From: Eledone cirrhosa
Lineage: Eukaryota
Assembly (NCBI GenBank): GCA_964016885.1
Contig: OZ024749.1
Coordinates: 26,040,001 to 26,104,000, forward strand
Reading direction: 5' to 3'
Length of the DNA: 64,000 nucleotides
The notes below the pieces were generated by a model. That model was not told where the DNA came from, ran no database searches, and saw nothing but the letters and a program-made list of their open reading frames with translations. The first letter of the stretch is position 1. Each line of letters opens with the position of its first letter. Of the stretch, positions 43,541 to 53,780 are shown one piece after another. The position numbers and the translations under genes are program-made.

Positions 43541-46500
43541 CTACAGAACAATGTAGAGAGAAGGCCCATTTACACGGGCCATTCTCGCTTCTTTCACCCA
43601 CCTTTCATAAAACTGTCTGGGACCAAGCACTTCTCTCTCCATCCTGATTCTTCTTCCGAAGTGGTATCGGAAGAAGTAAACCAGGTGATGGCCGGAGAGA
43701 AAGTCACCCGACCTCAGACCTTTCAGGCGCGTCCACCACACAACCTCTTTCATCATGGCTATTACGCACAGAAAGACCGCCTCTGCTTCATTTCTGAAGG
43801 GAGGAGGCGGCTTGATGTTCACCACAGACTCGGCGGTTAATCGAATCGGCGCCACACGCGACAGCAGTCGTTCGACGTAGCCCCACAGATCGGCAACGCC
43901 CGGGCAGTGTACCAGTGCATGCGCAACGGTTTCCTCGTCGCGCACGCATCTGGGACAGATCTTTTTCGCGGGATCCCTGCACGGGCGCCCGTGTCTGTAG
44001 AGCTTTTCTCGAACGGGCAGAGCCCCCCGGTAACACTGCCAGGCTAGGGACCTCTGGAAGTTGTCCATGGGTCCCGGGCTGAAAGTTCTACCGAACAGGC
44101 TGGCCAGTTCGTCCTCCTCCATGCCTAGCGACTCTCCAAGGTTGTCGTCGCCCCTGCTAGCCACCAACCCTCTATAGAATGTCGAGGTGGATTCTCCACT
44201 GACAGTCGAGTCCGCTTGCCAGATAGCCGTGAGCGCCTGGGCACACTCGGTGTGCCAGTTGCCCAGTTTTCTCGGTCTTTGCTTCACCCAGGATTGCAGT
44301 TCGGTGAGCGAGACGAGCTGTGGGAAGGCTCGCCTCACAAACGGGGCCCACACCGGCTGACCGTTGAGGAATACCTGTAGATGCCGTAGCCTCAATGCGT
44401 GCCTACGCATCAACAGCCACGGCATACCCAGCCCTCCTTTCGAAGGGTGCTGGCAGCAGATGGATCTCCTCACCATGGGAGGCCGCTTCTTCCAGAGGAA
44501 CTGGAAGAGCATGCGTTCCATGATGGTGAGCTTTTCCTTGGGGCAAGGCACGACGGTCAGGCGGTAGTAGATGACGGACGCTATGTAAGCGTTCGTCACC
44601 TCCGCCCGACCTTTCAGTGATAGTTTGCACTTGGCCCACTTCTGGGTCAGCGCAAACACCCTGCTCGTCACCTCACCCCAATTCTTCTCCACCTGGAGGT
44701 CCGGTCGGAACCAGACCCCGAGCAGCTTCACCGGGCCCTCCGTCCACCGCCCGACGACACCGTCTAACGGCATCGGTTTGCCCCTCCACGTTCCGAGTTG
44801 CAAACCGACTGACTTGTCCTGGTTCAGCTTAGCCCCCGTCAGCCTTTCGTATTCCTCCAGTAGGGTGGCGATCGCCCCGATTTCCGAGGCGTCCGCCACC
44901 ATTACTGTTACGTCGTCGGCATAGGCCGAGACCGCTTTGTGCAATCCCGGTTCCAGGGGTATGCCCCGCAGCAACTCCAACTTCCGCAGCAGTGGCTCGA
45001 GAGTCAATACGTACAGAAGGGAGGAGAGGGGGCACCCCTGTCTGATGGATCGGGTGATTTGAAACGGCTCCGAGAGGTAGCCGTTTACTTTAATCCTAGA
45101 GTAGATGTTGCCACTGTGCATGGCAGAAATCCAGCCCCTGAAAACGGGTCCGAAGCCCGCCGCCGCTAGCACCGCATCCAGGTAACCATGGTCGACCCTA
45201 TCGAACGCCTTAGATTGATCCAAGTTGATCAGGGCCCCACCAAAGCCGGGTTCGTAGCCAACCCTCTCTATGATGTATCGCATGAGGTGGAGGTTGTCGT
45301 GAATGGACCTGGACGGGATAGCGCATGTCTGCGCGTCTCCCACCAAACCACCCACCACAAGCGCCAACCTCTTCGCCAACACCTTGGCCAAAATCTGTAA
45401 CTCTGCATTCAGCAGAGTTATGGGCCTAAAGTTACTTAAGTCGTCCCCCTTGCTCTCGTCCTTCCTCACTAGCGTGACCACGCCCTTGGTCACAGAACAG
45501 GGAATTCTCCCGTTATGTTGCCAGTTGCAATAGACAGCCTCGAGGAGTTCGGAGAACAAGACCGGCATAGCTAAATAAAGTTCGTATGGTAGACCATCGA
45601 GACCCGGGGATTTGCGTCTGCTGCATTGGCTGAGCGCTTCCCCGATTTCAGTGGCTGTGATTGGCCTTTCGCAACACTCCGCTTCGCCGCTCGAAAGACG
45701 CGGTAGACCGTCGAGGTATGGACCGAAGTCCACATCCCGGTCCGGCCCCCCGCCACCTCCGAACAGTCGAGCAAAGTGCCTTTGAAAAGTCTCGCACATT
45801 CGCTCAGGTTCAAGGATCACCCGTCCATCCTGGTCTCGCAAAGACCGAATGGTGGATTTAATCCCACTCTTGGCTTCTGTCACGCGGGCCCAGCTAACAG
45901 CTTTGGTCCCCTCGTTTCCTAAAGCACGTATTTTACTTCGGACAACGCAGCCTTCGTGCTTCGCGTCAAAGAACTGGCTCAATGCCGTTCTCGTCGCTAA
46001 CACTCTGGCTACGTCTCCGCTCCTAATCGCCTCTTCTAGTTTATCTGTTAACTCCCTTTCCCTCCTATTTCTATTCGCCGCTAGTTCCTTACTGTAACCT
46101 ATCGAACTTACTCTAATCTCTCTCTTTAGAGATATCCACCACCTACTGTTGACGATCGCTCCCGTCAACCGCATCTTAACTAAGCTACTAATCCGGTTTC
46201 TGTAATCTTTCTTTGTCGGTAAGGACAAGTTCATCTTCCAGTAACCGGGACCCTGTCTATGCGTTCTATCAAGGTTGACCACGCAGGTCACTAATTTGTG
46301 ATCTGAATAGCCAACCATGATCAGTTCTGGACAACTAAATACGTCCCTATCCTTACTGCTAACCAAAAACCTATCTAGGTACGATCTAGATTGTCCACTG
46401 CGGTTTGCCCAGGTCCAGGTTGGCGCAGTTGGACAATCTAGTCGAAATCTATCGACCAGGTCGAATCGATCGAGTAACCCCTTGAGGCTGCTACACCCCC

Positions 46501-46978
46501 CTCTATCGGGACATGCCCCTGCATAGTCCCAACGCGCATCTAGGATTCCATTCCAGTCCCCCACTAAAAGCAGGGAACGCGACGTTCCTAGAAAAGTCTC
46601 CAGACGTTGGAAGAAGTCGGCTCTTTCCGCCCCGAAGGGAGCATAAAGACCGACCAGTCTGAAAGCCCCGCCTTCACCGCCTCCGACGTCCAGCACCAGT
46701 AATCGACCCCCCGGGTCCGAGTGAACAATCTGTACGTCGAGAGTCAGACGTTTATCCAGCAGTACGGCAACCCCCCCCCCCCCCCCTCCGCCTCCGGGTT
46801 GACAGAGAGATGCGTGCATCTCAAAGTCATCGAAGGCGGGCGCCAGCTGTCTCACGCTGCTGATCCGACTCTCGCAAACAACCATCACATCTATACTTTG
46901 TGACCTGGGGTCACTTAGAAGCTTTGCTTGCTTCCAAGCTGAGCCCAGGCCACGCGCGTTCAAACAGCCAACTCTCAA
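43541..46978 (-). CDS. LINE ORF2: AP endonuclease, reverse transcriptase and C-terminal CCHC domain
   Basis: LNARGL, VCESR, GDWN, YLDRFLV, SDHK (APE); KSPGLDGLP, FRPITLLN, DQSKAFDRV, QGCPLS, YADD (RT); CPRC..ETVAHALVHC. Starts at TTG. Confidence 0.95.
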   Translation of the reverse strand: MRVGCLNARGLGSAWKQAKLLSDPRSQSIDVMVVCESRISSVRQLAPAFDDFEMHASLCQPGGGGGGGGVAVLLDKRLTLDVQIVHSDPGGRLLVLDVGGGEGGAFRLVGLYAPFGAERADFFQRLETFLGTSRSLLLVGDWNGILDARWDYAGACPDRGGCSSLKGLLDRFDLVDRFRLDCPTAPTWTWANRSGQSRSYLDRFLVSSKDRDVFSCPELIMVGYSDHKLVTCVVNLDRTHRQGPGYWKMNLSLPTKKDYRNRISSLVKMRLTGAIVNSRWWISLKREIRVSSIGYSKELAANRNRRERELTDKLEEAIRSGDVARVLATRTALSQFFDAKHEGCVVRSKIRALGNEGTKAVSWARVTEAKSGIKSTIRSLRDQDGRVILEPERMCETFQRHFARLFGGGGGPDRDVDFGPYLDGLPRLSSGEAECCERPITATEIGEALSQCSRRKSPGLDGLPYELYLAMPVLFSELLEAVYCNWQHNGRIPCSVTKGVVTLVRKDESKGDDLSNFRPITLLNAELQILAKVLAKRLALVVGGLVGDAQTCAIPSRSIHDNLHLMRYIIERVGYEPGFGGALINLDQSKAFDRVDHGYLDAVLAAAGFGPVFRGWISAMHSGNIYSRIKVNGYLSEPFQITRSIRQGCPLSSLLYVLTLEPLLRKLELLRGIPLEPGLHKAVSAYADDVTVMVADASEIGAIATLLEEYERLTGAKLNQDKSVGLQLGTWRGKPMPLDGVVGRWTEGPVKLLGVWFRPDLQVEKNWGEVTSRVFALTQKWAKCKLSLKGRAEVTNAYIASVIYYRLTVVPCPKEKLTIMERMLFQFLWKKRPPMVRRSICCQHPSKGGLGMPWLLMRRHALRLRHLQVFLNGQPVWAPFVRRAFPQLVSLTELQSWVKQRPRKLGNWHTECAQALTAIWQADSTVSGESTSTFYRGLVASRGDDNLGESLGMEEDELASLFGRTFSPGPMDNFQRSLAWQCYRGALPVREKLYRHGRPCRDPAKKICPRCVRDEETVAHALVHCPGVADLWGYVERLLSRVAPIRLTAESVVNIKPPPPFRNEAEAVFLCVIAMMKEVVWWTRLKGLRSGDFLSGHHLVYFFRYHFGRRIRMEREVLGPRQFYERWVKEARMARVNGPSLYIVL

Positions 46979-46983
46979 TTGAT

Positions 46984-47181
46984 CTATTTTGGTGTTGAAA
47001 GTGAAGAAAGAAAAGCACTTACCTCTCCGGGTTGCGTAATTTCCATGGCATCAGGTGTGTTGGGTGGAGGGATGTTTTGTGGTGGTGTGGGGTTACACGT
47101 GTGTGGTGGGGTTGGGGTATTTGGAGTTGTGTCAGGGAGAGGGGCGGTTATGGGGAAATCTTTCAAGAGGACGCGATTCAA
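46984..47181 (-). CDS. Short Pro/Thr-rich inter-ORF reading frame, possibly a frameshifted extension of ORF1
   Basis: Open and similar in both copies (also 41253-41435). Confidence 0.3.
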   Translation of the reverse strand: MNRVLLKDFPITAPLPDTTPNTPTPPHTCNPTPPQNIPPPNTPDAMEITQPGEVSAFLSSLSTPK

Positions 47182-47186
47182 CGGTT

Positions 47187-48815
47187 TTAAACAGGGGGGC
47201 TCACGTCCCGTCTAAATTGTTCTTTTAAGGAACGATAAAGGTCCAGAGGGACCTTTATCATTTTTAAATGGGTGAAGTTCTCTGTTGAGATAAAGTTTGG
47301 CCCTTCGGTCTGCACCATAGGGTTATTGTTTATTAATTTAACCAGTTTTTTGTTTTCTTTATTTATATATGTGTATTGCAACGTCTTTTTTTGTGATGCT
47401 GTCAATGTTTCGGAGAGGGAAGGCGCAGATTTATTTTTGTTTGTTGAGGGTGGGGTGTTTTTGATTGGAGTTGGTGTTTGTGTGTGGGTTATTTGTGGTG
47501 TGCTGGGTGTGTGTTTTCTTTTTTTTCTTTTAACTTGTCTGAAGGCTTCTCCTCCTTCTTCTTCAGAAGTTGGGGGAAACTCTTCAGCGCTAGGTGGGAG
47601 GGACGTGTTGTGTGGTTGTTTTTTTTTTGCGGGAGGGGTAGATTTGTTACTGTTTTTTTTATTATTTGTTTGGAATGGGTTTTGTGGTGGTGGTGGTAAT
47701 GTTTGTGTCGTGCTTGTGGTTGGTGATGGTGGTGGTGATGTTTGTGTTGTGGTTGGTGGTGGTGATTTTTGTGTCGTGCTTGTGTTTGGTGCTGGTGGTG
47801 GTGATGTTTGTGTTGTGTTTGTAGTTGGTGGTGTCTGTATTTTGTTTGCTGTGTGTGGTATTAGTGTATTTTTGGAGGTGGGTGGTGTTGGTGTACTGTT
47901 TGTGGTGGGTGTGGGCAATAGTCCTTTTTGGGGGATACGTTTCGGGCAGTTAGCCTTAACGTGTCCCCTTTCCATGCATAAATAGCATGCTGGTCTTCTC
48001 CCCTCTACAATTATGTCTATTGGGGTAAGGTCATCCAGCCAGATGCGATCCGGGATTTGTGCTATTCTTTCGGGCCTCATTTGGACTAGTATGTCGAGGC
48101 CCATTCCCAGGAACGCATCTCCAGTTGCCTTCCCCATTGACAGCATTGTGTCTTCGCCCATATCAATGAAGCCAGCAATAGCCCACCAGAAGTCCATTGT
48201 GGGCAGCATTGTTTTTACTTTTACTCTCTGTGTTCTTCTACCCATGTAGGAGGGATAGAAGCTATATGTTGTCGACGAGAGTGGGCTTAGGGAAAGCTTC
48301 TCCGCCGTTTCTTTGTCTCTTGTTAGGACCGAAATGCTGCCATAGAGTCGGTCCTTTCGTATGAAGAGAATATTCTTCATATAGTCTTTTAGGACTAACT
48401 CTATTTCCATTTGGCTGGGCTGTGCTGGCTTTCTTGTCTGGTTCAGTATAGTTCTGTAGAGAACTGTGTTTTCTGCTCTGGCTTTCTTGAATTCTGGGGG
48501 GGAGTTAATGGAAAACATTCCGTTCTCCCCCAAAACAATGTGTTTCTTTGCTTCGGCCAGTTTTTCTCTGGCGGCAGTTAGGTCAATTGGTGTGTATGTA
48601 ATGGATTGTTTTGTTTTCTGGGCGAAAGTTGCCCTGTCGTTATTTGTATTATTTTCTGTTTGTTTGTTTTCTGTTTGCTCATTTTCCTTAACATTTGTTT
48701 TTTCATTTTGTTTGTTTGTTTCAATGTCTAATTTTGTTGTAATTATTTTTTGTTCTTCAGACTTGGGGGGCGTGGCAGAGCTAATGGCAGACATGTCTGC
48801 CATCTTTTCCGCCAT
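47187..48815 (-). CDS. LINE ORF1, gag-like with CCHC zinc knuckle and Pro/Thr-rich tail
   Basis: CYLCMERGHVKANC; likely ATG at 48815 (MAEKMADM); position upstream of ORF2. Confidence 0.88.
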   Translation of the reverse strand: MAEKMADMSAISSATPPKSEEQKIITTKLDIETNKQNEKTNVKENEQTENKQTENNTNNDRATFAQKTKQSITYTPIDLTAAREKLAEAKKHIVLGENGMFSINSPPEFKKARAENTVLYRTILNQTRKPAQPSQMEIELVLKDYMKNILFIRKDRLYGSISVLTRDKETAEKLSLSPLSSTTYSFYPSYMGRRTQRVKVKTMLPTMDFWWAIAGFIDMGEDTMLSMGKATGDAFLGMGLDILVQMRPERIAQIPDRIWLDDLTPIDIIVEGRRPACYLCMERGHVKANCPKRIPQKGLLPTPTTNSTPTPPTSKNTLIPHTANKIQTPPTTNTTQTSPPPAPNTSTTQKSPPPTTTQTSPPPSPTTSTTQTLPPPPQNPFQTNNKKNSNKSTPPAKKKQPHNTSLPPSAEEFPPTSEEEGGEAFRQVKRKKRKHTPSTPQITHTQTPTPIKNTPPSTNKNKSAPSLSETLTASQKKTLQYTYINKENKKLVKLINNNPMVQTEGPNFISTENFTHLKMIKVPLDLYRSLKEQFRRDVSPPV

Positions 48816-49168
48816 GCTGCCAAGAAAGAAATTTTTCGGCAAAAATAGATATTTATTTTACCCCCTAAAAAGGGGGTAAATGCAAAAATGTTTCCCTAAA
48901 TAACAGGGGTTAGTGTTCCAAATGTGTTGCACTAAAAAATTTATCCGGTACTTACAATAGTAAGGGTAAATCCCGATGGAATAGCGGAGCCGATGCGAAG
49001 CGTGTCTTACTCTATCAAGATAGATAGATAGATAGAGAGATGGATAAAGATAGATAGATAAATAGAGAGAGAGAGAGATGGATATAGATAGATAGAGAGA
49101 GAGTGAGATAGATAGAGAAAGATAGGTAGATAGAGACTGAGAGAGAGAGATAAATAGACTGATAGATA

Positions 49169-49203
<35 letters not shown>

Positions 49204-49573
49204 CTGTTGTTGTTATTGTTGTTCTACAATCTAATAACGTTGCATGATGGGAATTGCTAAGCCAGGAATTAATGCTTCTTTTATGAAACATTACCAATAT
49301 GGAAGTCAGGGTCAAAAGTAGTCTGGCTATCTTATAAGGTCAGTGGGATTAGGTCAAACCAGTTTTATCTAGGCTCACACACATGTATATACACACGCGT
49401 ACACACACACACTGATATATATATATATATATATATATATGAATACTCACACCCATATAAATACATGTATATATATATATATAATACGCGTATTAAATAT
49501 GTGTGTATAAATACATATATACATACATGTAAATGTATACTATATATATATACGTATGTATATATATGTATGC

Positions 49574-50160
<587 letters not shown>

Positions 50161-50718
50161 GGGGGTCTCTGTATGTGTGTATTGGAATGTAGTATTTCTA
50201 AAGAAATACGGTTTGTTTATAAATAAACATTTAGAAAGGCGAAGCTGTGCAAAAACACCGGCAGCTATATCCAATTCTATTCTATTATAAGTTGAGCTTA
50301 ATATGCAAATGAGTTTAATCACCTCATTTCCACAGACGAGAAAACCATATATTCTCACCTCTTTTCAAAGTCCAGCAGTTGCAAGAGCGGGAACGATCAG
50401 CCTGATGTGAACCATTTCAGTTGAAAATGCATCGACGATTGTCCCCCTTTGCTTGTGCTAGACACAGCCAGATGGCGACAGCTGCCGGTGTTTCTGCATA
50501 GCTAGGGGTTTATTTATAAATATAACGTATTTCTTTAGAAATACGAAATTCCAATACACAGACACACCCACACACACACATCTATATATACATATATATA
50601 TATATATACACATGCATATATATACATATATTTGTGAGTGTGTGTGTGTATATAAATACATATATACATACATAAATACACACACCCACACATGTATATA
50701 TATATATATAGTAATAAT

Positions 50719-50903
50719 AATTTTTCTACTTTTGGCACAAGGCCAGCAATTATCCCAGTGTATTACTGGTACTTTATTTTATCGAACCTGTAATGATGAA
50801 AGGCAAAGTTAACCTCGGCGGGATTTGAACTCAGTCCGTAAAGGGACGTAACTGTGCTGCAAAGCATGACGTCCGACCCTCTACCGATACTGCCAGTGAA
50901 GAC
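50719..50903 (-). mobile_element. SINE copy
   Basis: Reverse complement of the 36620-36800 SINE, including the B-box-like gagttcaaatccc. Confidence 0.82.
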
Positions 50904-51896
50904 TAAAATCCCAAAAGGGCTTGATAAATATATATCAAATTTATAAGAACCATAGAGCAAAAAATTATTAAAATAACAAATAAAAGTTTCAGAAGATCCT
51001 GTTAAGGGTGAAAGCAGCGATTATTTGGTTAAACTTTGATCTGTTATTTTAATATATATATATATATATATATGGTATATTTCTTTAGGTCGTTTTAGAA
51101 GCCTCAACAATGCAGATGGGTAAATCTCCGGGTAACAAGATCCGGTGGTGGAGAGAAAGATGTAAGTGAATGTGTTGTGTTTAGAAGAGTGTAGGAAAGA
51201 GCGTAAAGGATAACAATAATTATGACACGAGATAGAGTTACCTTGGAAGAGATTTAATTGTCCCTATATATTTCGGATTCACATCCATCAACTGCGGGTT
51301 TTTTCCGGGGGTGGGTGGGGGTGGAAGGTTAGCTGTCGGAAAGGTGCGAAACGTGTCCTCCTCTGTTCGATGTTTTGAATATATTCAAAACAACGAACAG
51401 ATGAGGACACGTTTATTATAATGCTCGTTTTGTTTGTTTGTAAACAAACAACGAGCCCGAATTACGCCGTACAGTGTTTAGGCAACCACATCACCTTTTT
51501 GTTCAACACTGACACAAACAAACAAACCGAGCATTATAATAAATGTTCGGTAAACCGATACGTGCATATATATATATGTGTGCATGTATGTATATATATA
51601 TACATACTACTGTACGTCTGTATAAATATATGTATGTACGTATACATACATACATAATTACATTTAAGTAAGTGCCGTATTAAGAGTGAGAAATGAAATT
51701 TCGTTTCATTCTATTCCATGTATATATATATATACAAGCATATATATCTATACATATATATATATATGTAAATATATATGTATATATATAGGTTTTGTCT
51801 TATTAACAATGTGGTTCAATGCATGGGGTTGCAGAACAATAATATGAGAGACGTAAAATAAGAAAATTATAAAATTAACTTACTTACTAAAAAATC

Positions 51897-51979
51897 ACTT
51901 CCAACTAATTAGTTTCTGGAATGGAGTAAATATATTTTCCGAAGAAACATACGGAAAATCATTCCGTCATCAGGAAAGT
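51897..51979 (-). ncRNA. Type I hammerhead ribozyme, family C, minus strand
   Basis: actttc CTGATGA cggaat-g-attttccg..cggaaaat..-attcca GAAA ctaattag TT ggaagt. Confidence 0.8.
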
Positions 51980-52178
51980 CTTTTTCCGTATAGGTCTCCA
52001 GGCATAGCGAGGACACTGGAAACTTATTAAAAAAATAATTCAGTGGAATGGAAATAGCGATGCGTGGACTGGAATCCAAGCCATTGAGAAAATCACTGCC
52101 TCTACGTCTGTGGCAAATTCATAAAGAATCAATCACGTGACATCGAGGTCAATCAGTGGAAAGCGAGTGGTTATTAAG

Positions 52179-52261
52179 ACTTTCCTGATGACGGAATGAT
52201 TTTCTATATGTTTCTTCGGAAAATATATTTACTCCATTCCAGAAACTAATTAGTTGGAAGT
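52179..52261 (+). ncRNA. Type I hammerhead ribozyme, family C, plus strand
   Basis: actttc CTGATGA cggaat...attcca GAAA ctaattag TT ggaagt. Confidence 0.8.
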
Positions 52262-52521
52262 GATTTTTTAGTAAGTAAGTTAATTTTATGATTTTCTTAT
52301 TTTACGTCTCTCATATTATTATTCTGCAACCCCATGCATTGAACCACATTGTTAATAAGACAAAACCTATATATTTGCTAGCATTGATATGCATCTGTGT
52401 GTATATAAATGTTACTGGATATAAATTCCTTATAATTATCTCCAATTCATTTGTCGAGCAATATTTGGCCATGACTGCTACTATGGTAGTAAGCTGGCCG
52501 CTGTCTTAATAACCACTCGCT

Positions 52522-52866
52522 TTGCAACCCCACATCACTAACATAAGAGAAGTAACACCACAAGAGCATGAGGATAGAGAAAAAGCCCTCAATGCCCTTA
52601 TGGTGATGTGGACAAATATAATGCAGCCCAATAAAAGGACTGCCAACAACTTCGAGGCCTGGAACAATGACGTGCGGGCGTTGTATGGGCTTCGAAAAGA
52701 CCATAAAACGGGCAGTGACCCTGTCACGGGACCACCAACACGGCCAGTCTGTGGAGCTAACATTGCTAGTAATTACAGACTGTCCTACTTCCTCTCCCTG
52801 ATCATACGCCCCATCATTGAAATGTCCCCAGATGTATGTGACAGCACGAAGGACCTCCTCAGCGGA

Positions 52867-52867
<1 letters not shown>
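52522..52867 (+). pseudogene. Penelope-like reverse transcriptase N-terminal fragment
   Basis: LYGLRKDHK...[25 protein letters not shown]...STKDLL corresponds to the PLE RT YGxPKxHK / PxRPIVS motifs. Confidence 0.7.
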
Positions 52868-52898
<31 letters not shown>

Positions 52899-52960
52899 GT
52901 ATATGTATATATGTATATGTATATATATATGTATATGTATATATATATATATGTATATGC

Positions 52961-53015
<55 letters not shown>

Positions 53016-53025
53016 CATATGTATT

Positions 53026-53062
<37 letters not shown>

Positions 53063-53087
53063 ATATGTATATATATATATGTATATG

Positions 53088-53131
<44 letters not shown>

Positions 53132-53346
53132 TATATATATATGATATATATATATATGTATATATATATGTGAATATATATGTATATATATGTATATATA
53201 TATATATATGTATATATATATGTGAATATATATGTATATATATGTATATATATTTATATATATATGTATATATATGTATATATATGTATATATATGTATA
53301 TATATATGTATATATATGTATATGTATATATGTATATATATATATG

Positions 53347-53377
<31 letters not shown>

Positions 53378-53402
53378 GTATATATATGTATATATATATG
53401 TG

Positions 53403-53458
<56 letters not shown>

Positions 53459-53585
53459 TGTATATATATATATATATGTATATATATGTATATATATATA
53501 TATGTATATTAAAATTTTCGCTGATGATTCCAAGCTCCAAAAGGTCATCTATATGTATATATATATGTATATATATATGTATATA

Positions 53586-53632
<47 letters not shown>

Positions 53633-53780
53633 GTATATATATGTATATATATATGTATATATATATGTATATATATATGTATATATATATGTATATATAT
53701 ATGTATATATATATGTATATATATATGTATATATATGTATATATATATGTATATGTATATATATATGTATATATATATGT
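52868..53780. repeat. (TA)n/(TATG)n microsatellite tract
   Basis: Direct reading. Confidence 0.95.
53508..53549 (+). pseudogene. 42-bp shard of a CR1/L2-type RT catalytic motif
   Basis: Translates to [14 protein letters not shown], embedded in (TA)n. Confidence 0.55.

Larger units (their letters stand above)
43310..49018 (-). mobile_element. Full-length Tx1/L1-clade non-LTR retrotransposon, copy B (intact ORFs)
   Basis: 5' UTR, ORF1, ORF2 and a 3' UTR with AATAAA, flanked by (TATC)n on the element strand. Confidence 0.96.
51785..52373. mobile_element. Inverted-repeat cassette (arms about 197 bp, spacer about 193 bp), each arm carrying a hammerhead; likely inverted PLE terminal repeats
   Basis: 51785-51982 is the near-exact reverse complement of 52176-52373. 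A related fragment lies at 62352-62483. Confidence 0.8.

Noticed and set aside
46984-47022. GTAAGT...TAG mini-intron joining the short ORF to ORF2
   Set aside because: It is only 39 nt, and splicing would lead to an immediate stop rather than the ORF2 frame.
37724-48879. Plus-strand ORFs repeated in both Tx1 copies
   Set aside because: They are antisense shadows of ORF1 and ORF2, shared only because the copies are similar.
53232-53780. YI-rich N-terminus of the 940-aa ORF and similar YI, LS and ER ORFs elsewhere
   Set aside because: Microsatellite read-through, not protein.
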